Of a DNA stretch of 64,000 nucleotides, positions 28,701 to 39,883 are shown piece by piece. A model generated the notes under the pieces. That model made no database searches, was not told the DNA's origin, and was given only the letters and a program-made list of their open reading frames with translations. Source of the stretch: an uncultured cyanobacterium (lineage in GTDB: Bacteria; Cyanobacteriota; Cyanobacteriia; PCC-6307; Cyanobiaceae); the NCBI GenBank assembly GCA_903856805.1, contig CAIOCZ010000072.1, positions 1,877 through 65,876 on the forward strand. Direction: 5' to 3'. A program made the translations under genes and the position numbers. How positions within the stretch are numbered: position 1 is the stretch's first letter; every line of letters starts with the position of its first letter.

Positions 28701-30161
28701 CTAGGCCGAGGGCAGTGCCTCCTTACTGAGACCCTGCTCCAAGATCGGGATCAGCCGTTCCAGGGCCACACCGCGGCTGGCCTTGAGTAGCACCGTGTCG
28801 CCCGGAACCAGCCATGGAAGCAACGGCGCTGCCGCGGCTTCCGGGGTCGTGACCCGTCTCAGTCGAGGTAGGCCGGCGGCGGCCGCTGCCATGGCGTCTC
28901 CCTCGGCGCCGTCCGCCACGATCACCAGACCATCCAGGCCAAGGTCCTGCACCCGCCGGGCCACGAGGCCATGCAATTCCAGGCTGCGTTCCCCCAGCTC
29001 CAACATTGTTCCCAGCACGGCGTAACGCCGTCCCCCGCCAGCGGCGAGAAGCTCCAGGGAGGCCAGGACGGCTTCGGGCGAGGCGTTGTAGGTCTCATCG
29101 AGGAGGCAGACCCCTCCGACGGAGAGACGACGGCTACGTCCGCCTGGCAATTGCACCTCAAGATGGCGGAGGTCCGCTGGATTCACGCCCAGATGGAGCG
29201 CGGTGGCGATCGCCAACAACAGATTGCGGGCGTTATGTCGACCGTCGAGGGGCAGGGTCAAGGGTGGCGCCTCCAGCGGGAGGGCCTTCTCCCCAGGCCG
29301 GGACAGCCGCAGGGCTGGGGCCGTGCCCTCGGAACCCTCCGTGCCCAGCAGCGTGCCGACCAGGGTCGGGGGCGGCGTGGACGCCGCCAGCTGGGGGATC
29401 TCATCGGCGAGGGCCACCCGTTCCACCGGTCCCGACCAGACGGCGGCCAGGGCCTGCTCCAACAGCGGATCACCGGCGGGAATCACCACCAGTCCCCCAG
29501 GCTGAAGCGCCGCCGTGATCTCACACTTGGCCTGGGCGATCGCCTCCCGGCTGCCCAGCCGACCGATGTGGGCGGTGCCGATGTTGGTGATCACGGCCAC
29601 ATCCGGTTCGGCGCAGCGGCTCAGTCGTTCGATTTCCCCGAGTCCACGCATGCCCATTTCCACCACCAGGGCGGCGCTCTGGGGAGTTGCTCTCAACAGG
29701 GTTCCTGGAGCTCCCACATCGTTGTTTTCGTTGCCTCGGCTGGCGACCACCTCCCCCAGGGATCCGAGGGCTGCCCGGATCAGTTCGCGGGTGGTGGTTT
29801 TGCCCGCTGATCCGGTTACCGCCACGACTGCAGCGGGCGATTGGCGCCGCCACACCCGGGCCAGCTCCTGTAGGGCAACCAGGGTGTCCTCCACCAGCCA
29901 GAGGGCCCAGTTCCCCTCCCGGGCCAGGGCCTGTACCCGCTCCGCGGAAAGCCGATCCCGCTGGGCCACGGCGGCTGCGGCCCCTCCGATCCGTGCTGCG
30001 TCCAGAAACTGATGACCATCGAAGCGTTCACCCACCAGCGGGACGAACAGCGCCCCCTTCAGGTCGGAGCGGCTATCGCTGGAGACGGAGTGGATCCGAT
30101 CGGGACGGCGTCCCAGGGGCTCTCCCCAGAGCTCCACCAAGGCATCCGTTTGCAGACTCAT
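28701..30161 (-). CDS. murF: UDP-N-acetylmuramoyl-tripeptide--D-alanyl-D-alanine ligase
   Basis: VVAVTGSAGKTTTRELI, DVAVITNIGTAHIG and DETYNASPEA are Mur ligase motifs. The protein is 486 aa. Confidence 0.9.
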   Translation of the reverse strand: MSLQTDALVELWGEPLGRRPDRIHSVSSDSRSDLKGALFVPLVGERFDGHQFLDAARIGGAAAAVAQRDRLSAERVQALAREGNWALWLVEDTLVALQELARVWRRQSPAAVVAVTGSAGKTTTRELIRAALGSLGEVVASRGNENNDVGAPGTLLRATPQSAALVVEMGMRGLGEIERLSRCAEPDVAVITNIGTAHIGRLGSREAIAQAKCEITAALQPGGLVVIPAGDPLLEQALAAVWSGPVERVALADEIPQLAASTPPPTLVGTLLGTEGSEGTAPALRLSRPGEKALPLEAPPLTLPLDGRHNARNLLLAIATALHLGVNPADLRHLEVQLPGGRSRRLSVGGVCLLDETYNASPEAVLASLELLAAGGGRRYAVLGTMLELGERSLELHGLVARRVQDLGLDGLVIVADGAEGDAMAAAAAGLPRLRRVTTPEAAAAPLLPWLVPGDTVLLKASRGVALERLIPILEQGLSKEALPSA

Positions 30162-30934
30162 CAGGGGGAAGGAAGCGAATCCAGCAGGATCATGCCTGAG
30201 CCCACCAGGGCGCTGCGGGCGATCTCTCGGCCCCCCAGATCGCGGAGTTCGAGCCGTTCGAACCCCAAGTCTTCCGCCCGTTGTTGCCAGCGATTGAGTA
30301 ATTCCAGCCGCGACGAGGGCCTCAGCGCCCGGAAGGGGGGGCTCACCTCCAACCGGAGCACCAGCCTGGATGGATCGCCCTGGGCCCCCTGGAGCAGGGC
30401 GTCCGGATCCAGATCGTTGAAGTCGTTCAGTAAGGGCGGCGGCAGTGGCGGCTGGAGTGGCGGCGGTTGAGCTGGGGCCTCGGACCTTGGCCTGGTCTCC
30501 GGGGGCGGCAACGGGGTGGGGCTGGTGGCGAGGTCGAGCTCAGCGTTGACCGTGCCTGGGTTAACCGTGGCCGTGTCGACCGTGGCCTTGCCCGCAGGCA
30601 TGGGCGAGGGGACCATGGGGGGCGGCTCCGCCGCGACTGGCGGGGCGATGCTGACGTTTCGCGGCTCGGGGTTTCCGCTTCCGTGGGGGAGGGCGCGCAC
30701 CACCAGCACGGGCAGGGCCAACCCCAGGCCTAGCAGCAGCGGCCAGAACAGGGGGGCCAGGGCTATGGGCCAGAACGACGGCCGCCAGAAATCCCCTTGG
30801 GCATTCCGTCGCCAGAATTCCCAGACCTTGAGTTGCAGACTGGCCAGGAGGTCCCGCAGGTCAGCAACCAATCGGACCCAGGGGGCCTGGTAGGGGGCCG
30901 GAAGGTTGGATCCGGGGCCGGACGGCTCGGCCAT
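30161..30934 (-). CDS. hypothetical membrane-anchored, proline-rich protein
   Basis: It has one clear TM segment (FWPIALAPLFWPLLLGLGLALPVLVV), a Pro-rich spacer and a C-terminal globular ~90 aa. It is coupled to murF, sharing 1 nt. Confidence 0.55.
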   Translation of the reverse strand: MAEPSGPGSNLPAPYQAPWVRLVADLRDLLASLQLKVWEFWRRNAQGDFWRPSFWPIALAPLFWPLLLGLGLALPVLVVRALPHGSGNPEPRNVSIAPPVAAEPPPMVPSPMPAGKATVDTATVNPGTVNAELDLATSPTPLPPPETRPRSEAPAQPPPLQPPLPPPLLNDFNDLDPDALLQGAQGDPSRLVLRLEVSPPFRALRPSSRLELLNRWQQRAEDLGFERLELRDLGGREIARSALVGSGMILLDSLPSP

Positions 30935-30940
30935 GGACCT

Positions 30941-32503
30941 TCAGCTTTCGCCGCGGTGCAGCAGCTGGGCCAAGGGGTTGCGGGAACGGGCCGGGGCCGC
31001 CGCCGGTGGCGCCTGGGGGGCGGGCGGTGGTGTGTCGGCCTCGTTGGCCCCCGAGAAGCGCTTCAGGCTCGGGTCGGCCCCCTGGCCTTGGGAGAAGCGC
31101 TCAACCTGCTCGGCATCCGGGGTGGGTTCCTTCACCCCACAGACCTCTCGATACATCGCGTCATAGGCCTGGGCGGAGCGGTCCCAGCTGAAGTCCTGGC
31201 CCATCGCCCGGCGTTGCAATTGACGCCAACTGTCGCGGTGGCGATAGGCCTCCCAGGAGCGCACGATGGCCGTATAAAAATCAACCGGTTCATAGCGATC
31301 AAAACAGAAGCCCGTCCCGGTGCCTTCGTTGGGGTTATGGGGGGGGACGGTGTCCACCAGCCCGCCGACGTTGCGAACAACGGGAATGGACCCATACCGC
31401 ATCGCCAGTAATTGGCTGATTCCGCAAGGTTCGAAACGACTCGGCATCAGGAAGGCATCACTGCCGGCATAGATCAACCGCGACAGGGCGTCGTCATAGG
31501 TGAGAAAAACTGCGAAGCGACCAGGGTGGCGTGAGGCCATTTGCCAGAGCCCTGATTCATAGCCACGATCGCCTGTGCCCAGGACCACGAATTGGCTGTC
31601 CGTGTAGGCCAGGACCCGATCGGCCACTTGGAGTAAAAGATCGACCCCCTTCTGATCCACCAACCGGCTCACCATGCCCATCAGATAGGTGTTGGGGTTC
31701 ACGGTGAGGCCCATGCGTTCTTGCAGGGCCCGCTTGTTCCCTGCCCGTTCCTCCAGCGTGTCTGCCGTGAAGCGGGTCGCCAGGGCTGAATCGGTGGCCG
31801 GATTCCAGTCGTCCCCATCGATGCCGTTAAGGATGCCGCGCAATTTGCCGCTGATGAAATTGAGCAGGCCATCCAGTCCCTCTCCGTATTCGGCCGTACG
31901 GATTTCCTGGGCATAGGTGGGAGACACGGCATTCACCCGGTCGGCATAGAGCAGCGCCGCCGCCATGGTGTGATCGCCCTGCATGTACCAGGGGCACCAG
32001 GTGATGCGATCCAGTTTCCAGCGCCAAGGACCCTGATACTTGAGGTTGTGAATTGTGAAGACCGTGCTGACTTCCGGATCCTGGTGCATCCACACCGGAA
32101 TCATGCCGGTGTGCCAGTCGTGGCAATGAAGGACCTGGGGCTTCCAACCATTCCAGGCGAATTCCGCTGCCGCGCTGGCAAAAAAGGTAAATCTCCAGTC
32201 TTCATCTTCTCCCCCGTAGATTCGCTCCGAATCGAACACTGGATGACCCACCAGATAGATCGGTAGGTTGTTGGTGGGGTGGCGGGTTTCGAAAATGGCG
32301 AAATCATTACCCATCGTGTGGCCACGCCAGATCGGATCCTGGGGGATGTTCAGGCGGCTCCATAACTTGCCGTAGCCCGGCATGATGATGCGCACGTCGT
32401 GACCGAGGGCGGCGAGGGCCGGCGGAAGGGACCCCACCACATCGCCCATGCCACCAACTTTCACCATCGGCGCACATTCAGCCGCCGCAAACAGAACGCG
32501 CAT
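30941..32503 (-). CDS. glgA: glycogen synthase
   Basis: [30 protein letters not shown] is the KxGGL-type motif. [22 protein letters not shown] is also present. The protein is 520 aa. Confidence 0.95.
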   Translation of the reverse strand: MRVLFAAAECAPMVKVGGMGDVVGSLPPALAALGHDVRIIMPGYGKLWSRLNIPQDPIWRGHTMGNDFAIFETRHPTNNLPIYLVGHPVFDSERIYGGEDEDWRFTFFASAAAEFAWNGWKPQVLHCHDWHTGMIPVWMHQDPEVSTVFTIHNLKYQGPWRWKLDRITWCPWYMQGDHTMAAALLYADRVNAVSPTYAQEIRTAEYGEGLDGLLNFISGKLRGILNGIDGDDWNPATDSALATRFTADTLEERAGNKRALQERMGLTVNPNTYLMGMVSRLVDQKGVDLLLQVADRVLAYTDSQFVVLGTGDRGYESGLWQMASRHPGRFAVFLTYDDALSRLIYAGSDAFLMPSRFEPCGISQLLAMRYGSIPVVRNVGGLVDTVPPHNPNEGTGTGFCFDRYEPVDFYTAIVRSWEAYRHRDSWRQLQRRAMGQDFSWDRSAQAYDAMYREVCGVKEPTPDAEQVERFSQGQGADPSLKRFSGANEADTPPPAPQAPPAAAPARSRNPLAQLLHRGES

Positions 32504-32559
32504 CCCCTTGACCAGATGGTGGCCGCAACTCTACGGGGGAGTTCCCCGGCCGGCCGCGT

Positions 32560-33108
32560 TCAAGGGAGCACGGTCACGGGGGTGCCGACCTTCACGAGGT
32601 CGTAGAGCTCTTGAACATTTTCGTCATACAGGCGCACACAACCGTGGGAGGCGGCTTGGCCCACGCTGGCCCGGTTGGGGGTGCCATGGAAGCCAGCCGT
32701 GGCGCAGCCGGTGACCACTAGCTCGTCCTGACCGTTGAAGCCCCTGCGGGTACGGCAGTCCCGATGGAAGCCGATCCAGCGACTGCCCAGGGGGTTCGCC
32801 GGGCCAGCCGGGACCACGTTCCCGTTGGCGGGGTGTTTCCACACCGGGTTGGTCGCCATCTCGATCACCTGGAAACGGCCCACCGGGGTTTCCCAGCCCG
32901 GCATCCCCACCGCCACTGGATAGCGCTTCAGCACCACCCCGTTCTCCACCACCTCCAAGCGACGACGACGGCGGTCCAGAACCAATTGGCGCTGCAGTTC
33001 GGGGATGGGCTGAGCTTCGACCGGCGGCGGCGGCTGGGGTTGGGGCGCCAGGGCCAGCAGGGGAGCAACCAGCAGCGATAGGGCAGGAATCGACACAGAG
33101 GGCATCAC
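32560..33108 (-). CDS. L,D-transpeptidase (YkuD domain), secreted
   Basis: A signal peptide is followed by GFHGTPNRASVGQAASHGCVRL, the catalytic H-x(n)-SHGC-R motif. Confidence 0.88.
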   Translation of the reverse strand: MMPSVSIPALSLLVAPLLALAPQPQPPPPVEAQPIPELQRQLVLDRRRRRLEVVENGVVLKRYPVAVGMPGWETPVGRFQVIEMATNPVWKHPANGNVVPAGPANPLGSRWIGFHRDCRTRRGFNGQDELVVTGCATAGFHGTPNRASVGQAASHGCVRLYDENVQELYDLVKVGTPVTVLP

Positions 33109-33192
33109 CAGGCCCCGGACGCGTCGGGTCAGCCTGCAGCGTGGGCCTCAGTTTAGGAGGAGACCCCGTGGGGGGTTTGTCGCACCATTGGC

Positions 33193-34059
33193 TCAGGGCA
33201 GCCAGGGGCTCGAGGAAAAATCCGGGTCCCGTTTTTCAAGGAAGGCATCCCGACCCTCCTGCCCCTCAGCCGTGCGATAGAAGAGATGGGTGGCCTGCCC
33301 CGCCAGTTCCTGCAGGCCGGCCATCCCATCCGTTTCGGCATTGAACGCCGCTTTCAGGCAACGGATCGCGGTGGGGCTGTGGGCCAGCACCTCCCGAGCC
33401 CAGGCGAGGCCTTCGGCCTCGAGCTGCTCCAAGGGCACGACCGCATTCACCAGGCCCATGGCTAGGGCCTCCTGGGCCCCATAGCGGCGGCATAGAAACC
33501 AGATTTCACGCGCCTTGCGCTGACCCACCAGCCGGGCCAGATAACTGGCTCCGAAACCGCCGTCGAAACTGCCCACTCTCGGCCCGGTCTGTCCAAATAC
33601 GGCGTTGTCGGCCGCCAAGCTGAGGTCGCAGAGCAGGTGCAGCACCTGACCGCCGCCGATGGCATAGCCCGCCACCAGGGCAATCACCACCTTCGGCAGG
33701 CTGCGGATCAAGCGCTGCAGATCCAGCACATTGAGGCGTGGCAAGCCCTCCTCATCGACGTAGCCGCCATCGCCCCGCACGCTTTGATCCCCGCCGGCGC
33801 AGAAGGCCCAGCCCCCATCGGCCGCGGGTCCGGCGCCGGTGAAGAGCACCACTCCGATCCTGGGGTCATCCCGCACCCGGCTGAAGGCATCGCAGAGCTC
33901 CTGCACCGTGCGGGGCCGGAAGGCATTGCGCTTTTCCGGACGGTTGATGGTGATCCGGGCGATGCCCACCCCGGAGACATCGAACAGGATGTCCTGGTAA
34001 GTCCCCACGGGAGACCAGGTCGGCGAGGGCTCGATCGGGCGGGAGGGCGGAACGGTCAT
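33193..34059 (-). CDS. menB: 1,4-dihydroxy-2-naphthoyl-CoA synthase
   Basis: [29 protein letters not shown]...[11 protein letters not shown]...[18 protein letters not shown] shows the crotonase fold of the MenB type. The start is ATG 34059, and the track ORF extends to 34143. Confidence 0.92.
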   Translation of the reverse strand: MTVPPSRPIEPSPTWSPVGTYQDILFDVSGVGIARITINRPEKRNAFRPRTVQELCDAFSRVRDDPRIGVVLFTGAGPAADGGWAFCAGGDQSVRGDGGYVDEEGLPRLNVLDLQRLIRSLPKVVIALVAGYAIGGGQVLHLLCDLSLAADNAVFGQTGPRVGSFDGGFGASYLARLVGQRKAREIWFLCRRYGAQEALAMGLVNAVVPLEQLEAEGLAWAREVLAHSPTAIRCLKAAFNAETDGMAGLQELAGQATHLFYRTAEGQEGRDAFLEKRDPDFSSSPWLP

Positions 34060-34084
34060 CACAGGGCAAGCAGACAGGGGAGGG

Positions 34085-35878
34085 TCAGGGCTGGACCGGA
34101 TCCCAAGTCGCCATTGTGCGCAGCCGCCGCCGCAGGGCGGCATCCCCCCGTCGCTCGCACATCAGACGTACCAGGGCGATCGGCTGCGCCAGGGCCCAGT
34201 GCAGGCTTGCCTCCAGCTCCTCCACCCGCTCCACCACTTGCCCGGGCACCCCATGGGCCGCCGCCAGGGCCAGGGGATCGAGGTCCTGGGGCATCGCAAA
34301 CAGCCGTTCGAAATCCAGGGCGGTTTCCGGTTCCGTGCGAATCGGCAGCTGCTCGAAGATGCCCCCACCGCCGTTGTCAATCAGCAGCACCGTCAGCTGG
34401 CCCCGCAGCTGCTGTCGCCACAGCCAGCCATGGCTGTCGTGGAGCAGCGCCAGATCTCCGGTTACGAGCACCAGGGCGCCGAGGGCATCCGCCAGTCCAC
34501 AGGCGATCGAGAGGGTGCCATCAATGCCGGAGGCCCCGCGGAAGCCGAACACGGTGCGCGGACACGCCCGTGGATCGGCGAAGCTCTCCCAGTCCCGCAC
34601 CGGGCTGCTGTTGGCCAGCATCAACGGCAGCTCTGCCGGCAGCAGCCGACTGAGCTGTCGAGCCAGCCAGGGTTCCCGCAGCGGCTGCTCGGGCCCGATC
34701 GTCAGCTGCCGATCGAGGAGGGTCTGCACCCGCTCCTCGGCCCGCTGCCAGGCCAGCGCCAGGGCCCGGCTGGCCAAGGATGGGGAGGGGGGTGTGTTGT
34801 CGGACCAGAGCTGCGGCTGGGCCCTCAGCCAACTCTCCAGGCCACCGCTCCACTGGCTGACCCCGCAGCCGAGGGGATCCAGGGGACGGGGATCGCTATC
34901 GCTCACCAGCCACTGCCGGGGACCCTGGCCCGCGATCCAGTGCTGGAGGCGCCGACTGGCCGGCAGGCTGCCCAGTCGCAGCAGCTGGGGCGCCGCCAGG
35001 GCCAGGGGCGGTTGCTCCAGCAGCAGGTCGTAGCCGCTGATCACGGTGAGCTCCGCCTGACCCCGCAGGCCCGAAAGCTCATCGGCTAGCACTGGCCAGC
35101 CCGTCCGTCGCTGCCACTGGCGCAGCGCCGCAAGGTGGGACAGCCAGGCGGATGGGGCCCCCCGCCACGGTCCGGCCACCACCACCCCGGGTTGATCGGG
35201 ATCGGGCTGCGGGAAGGGCGGGGGCGTAGCCAACGGCTGGAACGGCCGCTCCGGGGCTGGAGTCGGCACGGTCATCGCGCGGGGGGCCAGGGTTCTCAGG
35301 GCCTCCCCATCGGCATGCAAGGGTTCATCGAAGGGCAGGTTCAGATGCACCGGTCCCGGCGGCAGGGTCCGTCCATCCCCAAGGGCGGCCGCCATGGCCC
35401 GCTCCGCCAGATCGGCCAGCGCCGCGGGCGCCATCTGCGCCAATCCGGTCGGATCGCCGCTCCCCAGCCAGCGGCAGCTGCAGGCGAGGAACTGTTCCTG
35501 ATTCACGCTTTGATTGGCCCCGCAGCCCTTCAGCCGCGCCGGCCGATCCGCCGTCAACAGCAGCAGGGGGACCGTGCCGTGATCGGCCTCCACCGCCGCC
35601 GGCAGCAGGTTGGCCACGGCACTGCCGGAGGTGGTGACAACCGCCGCGGGCCACCCCGTCGCCCGCCCCAGCCCCAGGGCGAAGAAGGCGGCGGAGCGTT
35701 CATCGATCGCGGTGACCAGGCGCAGACCAGCGGGCTCCAGCAGGGCCGCCGCCACCGCCAGGGGGGCGGATCGGCTGCCGGGGCAAAGCACCAGGTGACG
35801 CAACCCCAGCCGCTGCAACTGGATCAGCAGCTCTAGGGCGGCGCGGGGATTCAGGGCGAGTGGGGGGCCCGACGCCAA
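34085..35878 (-). CDS. menD: 2-succinyl-5-enolpyruvyl-6-hydroxy-3-cyclohexene-1-carboxylate synthase
   Basis: [22 protein letters not shown]...[20 protein letters not shown] and the C-terminal TPP motif [11 protein letters not shown]...IDNGGGGIF. The protein is 597 aa. Confidence 0.9.
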   Translation of the reverse strand: MASGPPLALNPRAALELLIQLQRLGLRHLVLCPGSRSAPLAVAAALLEPAGLRLVTAIDERSAAFFALGLGRATGWPAAVVTTSGSAVANLLPAAVEADHGTVPLLLLTADRPARLKGCGANQSVNQEQFLACSCRWLGSGDPTGLAQMAPAALADLAERAMAAALGDGRTLPPGPVHLNLPFDEPLHADGEALRTLAPRAMTVPTPAPERPFQPLATPPPFPQPDPDQPGVVVAGPWRGAPSAWLSHLAALRQWQRRTGWPVLADELSGLRGQAELTVISGYDLLLEQPPLALAAPQLLRLGSLPASRRLQHWIAGQGPRQWLVSDSDPRPLDPLGCGVSQWSGGLESWLRAQPQLWSDNTPPSPSLASRALALAWQRAEERVQTLLDRQLTIGPEQPLREPWLARQLSRLLPAELPLMLANSSPVRDWESFADPRACPRTVFGFRGASGIDGTLSIACGLADALGALVLVTGDLALLHDSHGWLWRQQLRGQLTVLLIDNGGGGIFEQLPIRTEPETALDFERLFAMPQDLDPLALAAAHGVPGQVVERVEELEASLHWALAQPIALVRLMCERRGDAALRRRLRTMATWDPVQP

Positions 35879-35938
35879 GTTGCGTTCTCCACGGGATCAG
35901 GATGGGGCGATCATCCTCAAGCGCCCGCCTGCCCGCCC

Positions 35939-36541
35939 ATGACCAGTTCCGACCCGGTCCGGCCCGGCGATCGCTCCCCAGATCCCTCCGCCGTCTGGCG
36001 GGCCTTGGGTTCGTTGCTCGCCTGGATGCTGCTGGCGCTGCTGCTGCGTTGGGCCCTGATCGAACCGCGCTGGATTCCTTCCGGATCGATGCTGCCCACG
36101 CTCCAGTTGAAGGATCGAATCCTGGTGGAGAAGTTGAGCACCCATCTGGGAAGGCCCCTCTCCCCTGGGACCATCGTGGTGTTCCATCCGCCCGAGATCC
36201 TGAAGCAAGCGGGCTACGACCCCAACACGGCCCTGATCAAGCGGGTGGTGGCCGTGGCCGGCGATACGGTGGAAGTGCGGGGGGGGCAGCTGTGGCGCAA
36301 TGGATCCTTGGCGCAGCCTGACTGGCGCCTGCAGGCCATGGACTACCAGCTCGCTCCGATCACCGTGCCCCCGGACCAGCTGCTGGTGCTGGGGGACAAC
36401 CGTAACGCCAGTTTGGACTCCCACCTCTGGGGCCCCCTTCCGGCGGACCGGGTGATCGGCAGGGCAATCTGGAGGTACTGGCCATTCAACCGCTTCGGCC
36501 CGATACGGTTCTCCCCCACTCCCGCCGCCGGGTCCACCTGA
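35939..36541 (+). CDS. lepB: signal peptidase I
   Basis: IPSGSMLPTLQLKDRILVEK holds the catalytic Ser. IKRVVAVAGD holds the Lys box. LVLGDNRNASLDSHLWG is also present. Confidence 0.92.
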   Translation: MTSSDPVRPGDRSPDPSAVWRALGSLLAWMLLALLLRWALIEPRWIPSGSMLPTLQLKDRILVEKLSTHLGRPLSPGTIVVFHPPEILKQAGYDPNTALIKRVVAVAGDTVEVRGGQLWRNGSLAQPDWRLQAMDYQLAPITVPPDQLLVLGDNRNASLDSHLWGPLPADRVIGRAIWRYWPFNRFGPIRFSPTPAAGST

Positions 36542-36589
36542 TCAGCTGCGGTAAGGTGCGTGTCGTGTTGTAGAGCACACCGGAGGGAA

Positions 36590-36949
36590 ATGTTCAACCC
36601 GGAGTTCCTGACTACGGATAACGAGGCGATCAGCGGTAATTCGCTGATTCAGTACCTGCAGGAACAATCTCCGGATGTTCTGCAAAGGGTTGCTCGCTCC
36701 GCCAGTGGAGACATTCAAGACATCATTCGTCACAATGTGCATGGCCTGTTGGGCATGCTTCCTGGCGAACAGTTTGAGGTGAAGATCCAGGCCAGCCGCG
36801 ACAACCTGGCTGGGCTCCTGGCTTCCGCCATGATGACTGGTTACTTTCTGCGCCAGATGGAGCAGCGCATGGAGCTGGAAACAGCCCTGATTGGCTCCGG
36901 TGGTTGCCAGGACGAGCCTGACGACGACCCAGGCGATCTGATGCTTTGA
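36590..36949 (+). CDS. DUF760-like conserved protein (family recalled from memory)
   Basis: NSLIQYLQEQSPDVLQRVARSASGDIQDIIRHNVHGLLGMLPGEQFEVKIQASRDNLAGLLASAMMTGYFLRQMEQR. The ATG at 36590 is preceded by GGAGGG. Confidence 0.65.
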   Translation: MFNPEFLTTDNEAISGNSLIQYLQEQSPDVLQRVARSASGDIQDIIRHNVHGLLGMLPGEQFEVKIQASRDNLAGLLASAMMTGYFLRQMEQRMELETALIGSGGCQDEPDDDPGDLML

Positions 36950-36993
36950 ATCCCTGTTGAATCACTGATTCAAGACATCCCAGATCTTGGTGA

Positions 36994-38202
36994 TCAGTGC
37001 TTCGCCGCTCGCTCATCGCCGGGCACAAGGCCCAAGGCCAGCAGGCTGCCGTCGATTGCGGCCAGCAGGCTCCAGGAGCCCTGGCTTGGTGCCCAGTTCC
37101 GATGTTCCAGCTCAAGAGCCATCATCCGCAGTTGCTCCGCACTGATCGGCACGGGAGCGGAGTAATGGGCTGGAATCAGCTGCTTCACTCCCTTCAGCCT
37201 GGCCAGCTCCTGGAGCCATTGCACCAGGGCACCTCGGGCACGGACGAACACCAGCCTCTCCAGCACGGCCGCGACCTGGGGGACGGGATCGGCTCCCAGA
37301 GCAGACCCGGTGAGGGCCTCGGCCTGGGCTTGCCAACCAGGCTGCCAGCGGAACGGATAGAGGCCGAAATGGCTTTGAGGTGATCGACAGCCGGGCGCCA
37401 GGGCCTGTCCCAGGACCTCCTTCAGGGGGGGGATCGTCAGAGGTCCGGGACGCAGGTAGTTCGCAAACAGCACCAGCCGGAGCCATCCCCTGCGGCGACG
37501 TTCAGGGCTGTCCTCCATGGGCTCGTCGCCCCGTTCCCGGGCATGGAACAACATGGGTGTTGGGTCCAGCGCCATCACCGGTGGCGGCTCGGCGGAGATC
37601 GCCACGAGGGCATCGGTCACCAGGAGGGAGCCGGTGGAGCGGTGCAGGCAGGCGATCTCCAGAAAGGTGCCCAGGCCCAGATCAAGCGGCCCCAGCGGAC
37701 ACCAGTCCAGCTCATCGCCATGGGGCACTCCATCCTGGAGCAAAACCCGGGTGCGCCCCGCTGGAAAACCCAGCCAGGGGAGCGGTAACGGCAGTGGAAA
37801 ACTCCATTGGTGCGCCGTAACCCACACCGTGGCTGTCGGATAGGCCCGGGCCATGGCAGGCACCGGCAGCTTGTGTTCCAGCCCGGACGCGGAGGGCAAC
37901 ACAATTGTGCATACGGGCCCATAGCGCCGCTCGAGCGCCGCCAAGGCCTCCAGCACCTCCGTGGTGGGCGCCACCGGCGCATACAGCACCAGGCCAGCGC
38001 GGACGCGCAACACCGTCATGCGGATCGGCACGGCCACGTACCAGACCCCCTGGACCTGCTCAAAGGCCCACACCTGGTCCGGCACCAGCTCGCGGACCAG
38101 GGTGCGGCGTCGGCCGTAGGGATAGAGCGGCAGCAGGGGCCACCATGGCCAGCGCTGGCGGCGCCGGAGCTGGCCATCGTCGGCGGAGGCGAGTTTCGGC
38201 AT
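36994..38202 (-). CDS. conserved hypothetical protein, DUF4336-like (family recalled from memory), co-transcribed with mntCAB
   Basis: The start is at MPKLASADDG (ATG 38202), sharing 1 nt with the mntB stop (TGATG). The sequence contains LVPDQVWAFEQVQGVWYVAVPIRMTVLRV...TIVLPSASGLEHKLPVPAMARAYP. The protein is 402 aa. Confidence 0.65.
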   Translation of the reverse strand: MPKLASADDGQLRRRQRWPWWPLLPLYPYGRRRTLVRELVPDQVWAFEQVQGVWYVAVPIRMTVLRVRAGLVLYAPVAPTTEVLEALAALERRYGPVCTIVLPSASGLEHKLPVPAMARAYPTATVWVTAHQWSFPLPLPLPWLGFPAGRTRVLLQDGVPHGDELDWCPLGPLDLGLGTFLEIACLHRSTGSLLVTDALVAISAEPPPVMALDPTPMLFHARERGDEPMEDSPERRRRGWLRLVLFANYLRPGPLTIPPLKEVLGQALAPGCRSPQSHFGLYPFRWQPGWQAQAEALTGSALGADPVPQVAAVLERLVFVRARGALVQWLQELARLKGVKQLIPAHYSAPVPISAEQLRMMALELEHRNWAPSQGSWSLLAAIDGSLLALGLVPGDERAAKH

Positions 38203-39125
38203 CAAGCCGCTGGCCCCTGGGGGGGGGAGGGGAGGGTCAGCCGCCTTCGCCGATGGGCGATCAATCCATGCTGGGGCGCCAACACCATCACCAGGATGAA
38301 GAGCAGGGTTTGGACCACCACGATGCATCCCGCGGTGGACGCATCCAGCCAGTAACTCGCGAGCAGACCTACCAGGGTGGCGGTGAGGGCCGAGGCCACC
38401 GCCAGCAGGGTCATGGGCCCGAAGCGATCGGTCAGCAGGTAGGCCGTTGCCCCCGGCGTCACCAGCATCGCCACCACCAGAATGATCCCCACCGCTTGCA
38501 GTCCGGCCACGGCCGCCAGGCTCAGCAGGGTGAGCAGGAGGTAGTGGAGTCGGCCGGTGCGCAGTCCGATCGAGCGGGCGTGGCTGGGATCAAAGCAGAA
38601 GAGCAGCAGGTCTCTCCCCCGCACCGCCAGCACCCCCAGCACCACCAGGCTGATCAGGATGGTCTGAACGATGTCGCCATCGGTAATCCCCAGCAAATTG
38701 CCGAAGAGGATGTGGCTGAGATCAACGCTGCTGCGCAGCTTGGAGATCAGCACGAGACCAAGAGCAAAAAAGCCCGTGAACACCAGGCCGATGGCCGTAT
38801 CCTCCTTGACCCGGGTGTGCTCCCGGATCCAGCCGATCACCCCCACCGACCCGACGCCGAACACGAAGGCCCCCAAGGCGAAGGGCAGTCCGAGCGCATA
38901 GGCCAGGACCACACCGGGCAGCACGGCGTGGGAGACAGCGTCCCCCATCAGGGCCCAGCCCTTGAGTGTCATGAAGCAGGACAGCACCGCACAGACCACC
39001 GCCACAAGCATGCCGATGCCCAGGGCTCGCTGCATGAAGAGCTGGTGCAGTGGCTCCAGCAGCAAGGAGCTCAGGGAGCTGGCCGGTGCCGGTGATGCCA
39101 TGGTCACGACAGAGAGCATGGTCAT
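38202..39125 (-). CDS. mntB: manganese/metal ABC transporter permease (ABC-3 family)
   Basis: A 307-aa polytopic protein. LMGDAVSHAVLPGVVLAY...VFTGFFALGLVLIS is typical of MntB/ZnuB/TroC permeases. Confidence 0.85.
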   Translation of the reverse strand: MTMLSVVTMASPAPASSLSSLLLEPLHQLFMQRALGIGMLVAVVCAVLSCFMTLKGWALMGDAVSHAVLPGVVLAYALGLPFALGAFVFGVGSVGVIGWIREHTRVKEDTAIGLVFTGFFALGLVLISKLRSSVDLSHILFGNLLGITDGDIVQTILISLVVLGVLAVRGRDLLLFCFDPSHARSIGLRTGRLHYLLLTLLSLAAVAGLQAVGIILVVAMLVTPGATAYLLTDRFGPMTLLAVASALTATLVGLLASYWLDASTAGCIVVVQTLLFILVMVLAPQHGLIAHRRRRLTLPSPPQGPAA

Positions 39126-39883
39126 GGCGTCAACTGGGGAGCCGCCCCGAACGTGCGCAGCAGGTTGGCCTGGGTGAACACCTCGGAGGTTTCGCCGTAG
39201 GCCAGCACGGTGCGGTTGATCAGCACCACGCGATCACAAAAGCTTGGGATGGCATCCAGGTCGTGGGTGGCGATCAGCACCGTGGCTCCCTGCTGCCGTA
39301 GCTCCAGCAACAGGGTGATGATCAGCCGCTCCGTGCGGATATCCACGCCGGTGAAGGGTTCATCAAGCAGCAACACCCTGGCGCCCTGGGCCAAGGCCCT
39401 GGCCAGAAAAGCCCGCTTGCGCTGGCCTCCAGACAGCGCCCCGATCTGCCGCAGGCGAAGTGACAAAAGGTCCACCCTGGTCAGGGCACTCTCCACGGCC
39501 TCGCGATCCACCGCCCTGGGCCAGCGCAACAGGTTCATGCGGCCATAGCGCCCCATCATGACCACGTCCTGGACCCGGATCGGAAAATTCCAGTCCACCT
39601 GCTCGCTCTGGGGCACATAGGCCACGGCCTGGCGGCGTTGGGCCTGGGCCACGGGCAGCCCTTCAATCAGAATCGAGCCCCGCTGCGGCGCCACAAACCC
39701 CATCAGAGCCTTGAACAGGGTGGACTTGCCGGCCCCGTTCATGCCGACAAGTCCGCAGATGCTGCCCGGTTGCAACTGCAGATTCACATCCACGACAGCC
39801 GGCACGCCGTTGTAGGCGATGGTGAGGGCTTCGATGGAGATGCCGGCCTGGGGTGCGGGGGAACCATCCATTCCCCTATTCAA
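39122..39883 (-). CDS. mntA: manganese/metal ABC transporter ATP-binding protein
   Basis: LVGMNGAGKSTLFKALMG is Walker A, LSGGQRKRAFLARALA is the signature and LLLDEPFTGVD is Walker B. Confidence 0.88.
   Translation of the reverse strand: MNRGMDGSPAPQAGISIEALTIAYNGVPAVVDVNLQLQPGSICGLVGMNGAGKSTLFKALMGFVAPQRGSILIEGLPVAQAQRRQAVAYVPQSEQVDWNFPIRVQDVVMMGRYGRMNLLRWPRAVDREAVESALTRVDLLSLRLRQIGALSGGQRKRAFLARALAQGARVLLLDEPFTGVDIRTERLIITLLLELRQQGATVLIATHDLDAIPSFCDRVVLINRTVLAYGETSEVFTQANLLRTFGAAPQLTP

Noticed and set aside
37905-39095. 396-aa plus-strand ORF, plus neighbours 37807..38355 and 37380..37820
   Set aside because: They are antisense to mntB and the DUF4336-like gene. The extreme Arg/Gly/Pro/His/Gln content is typical of off-frame high-G+C sequence.
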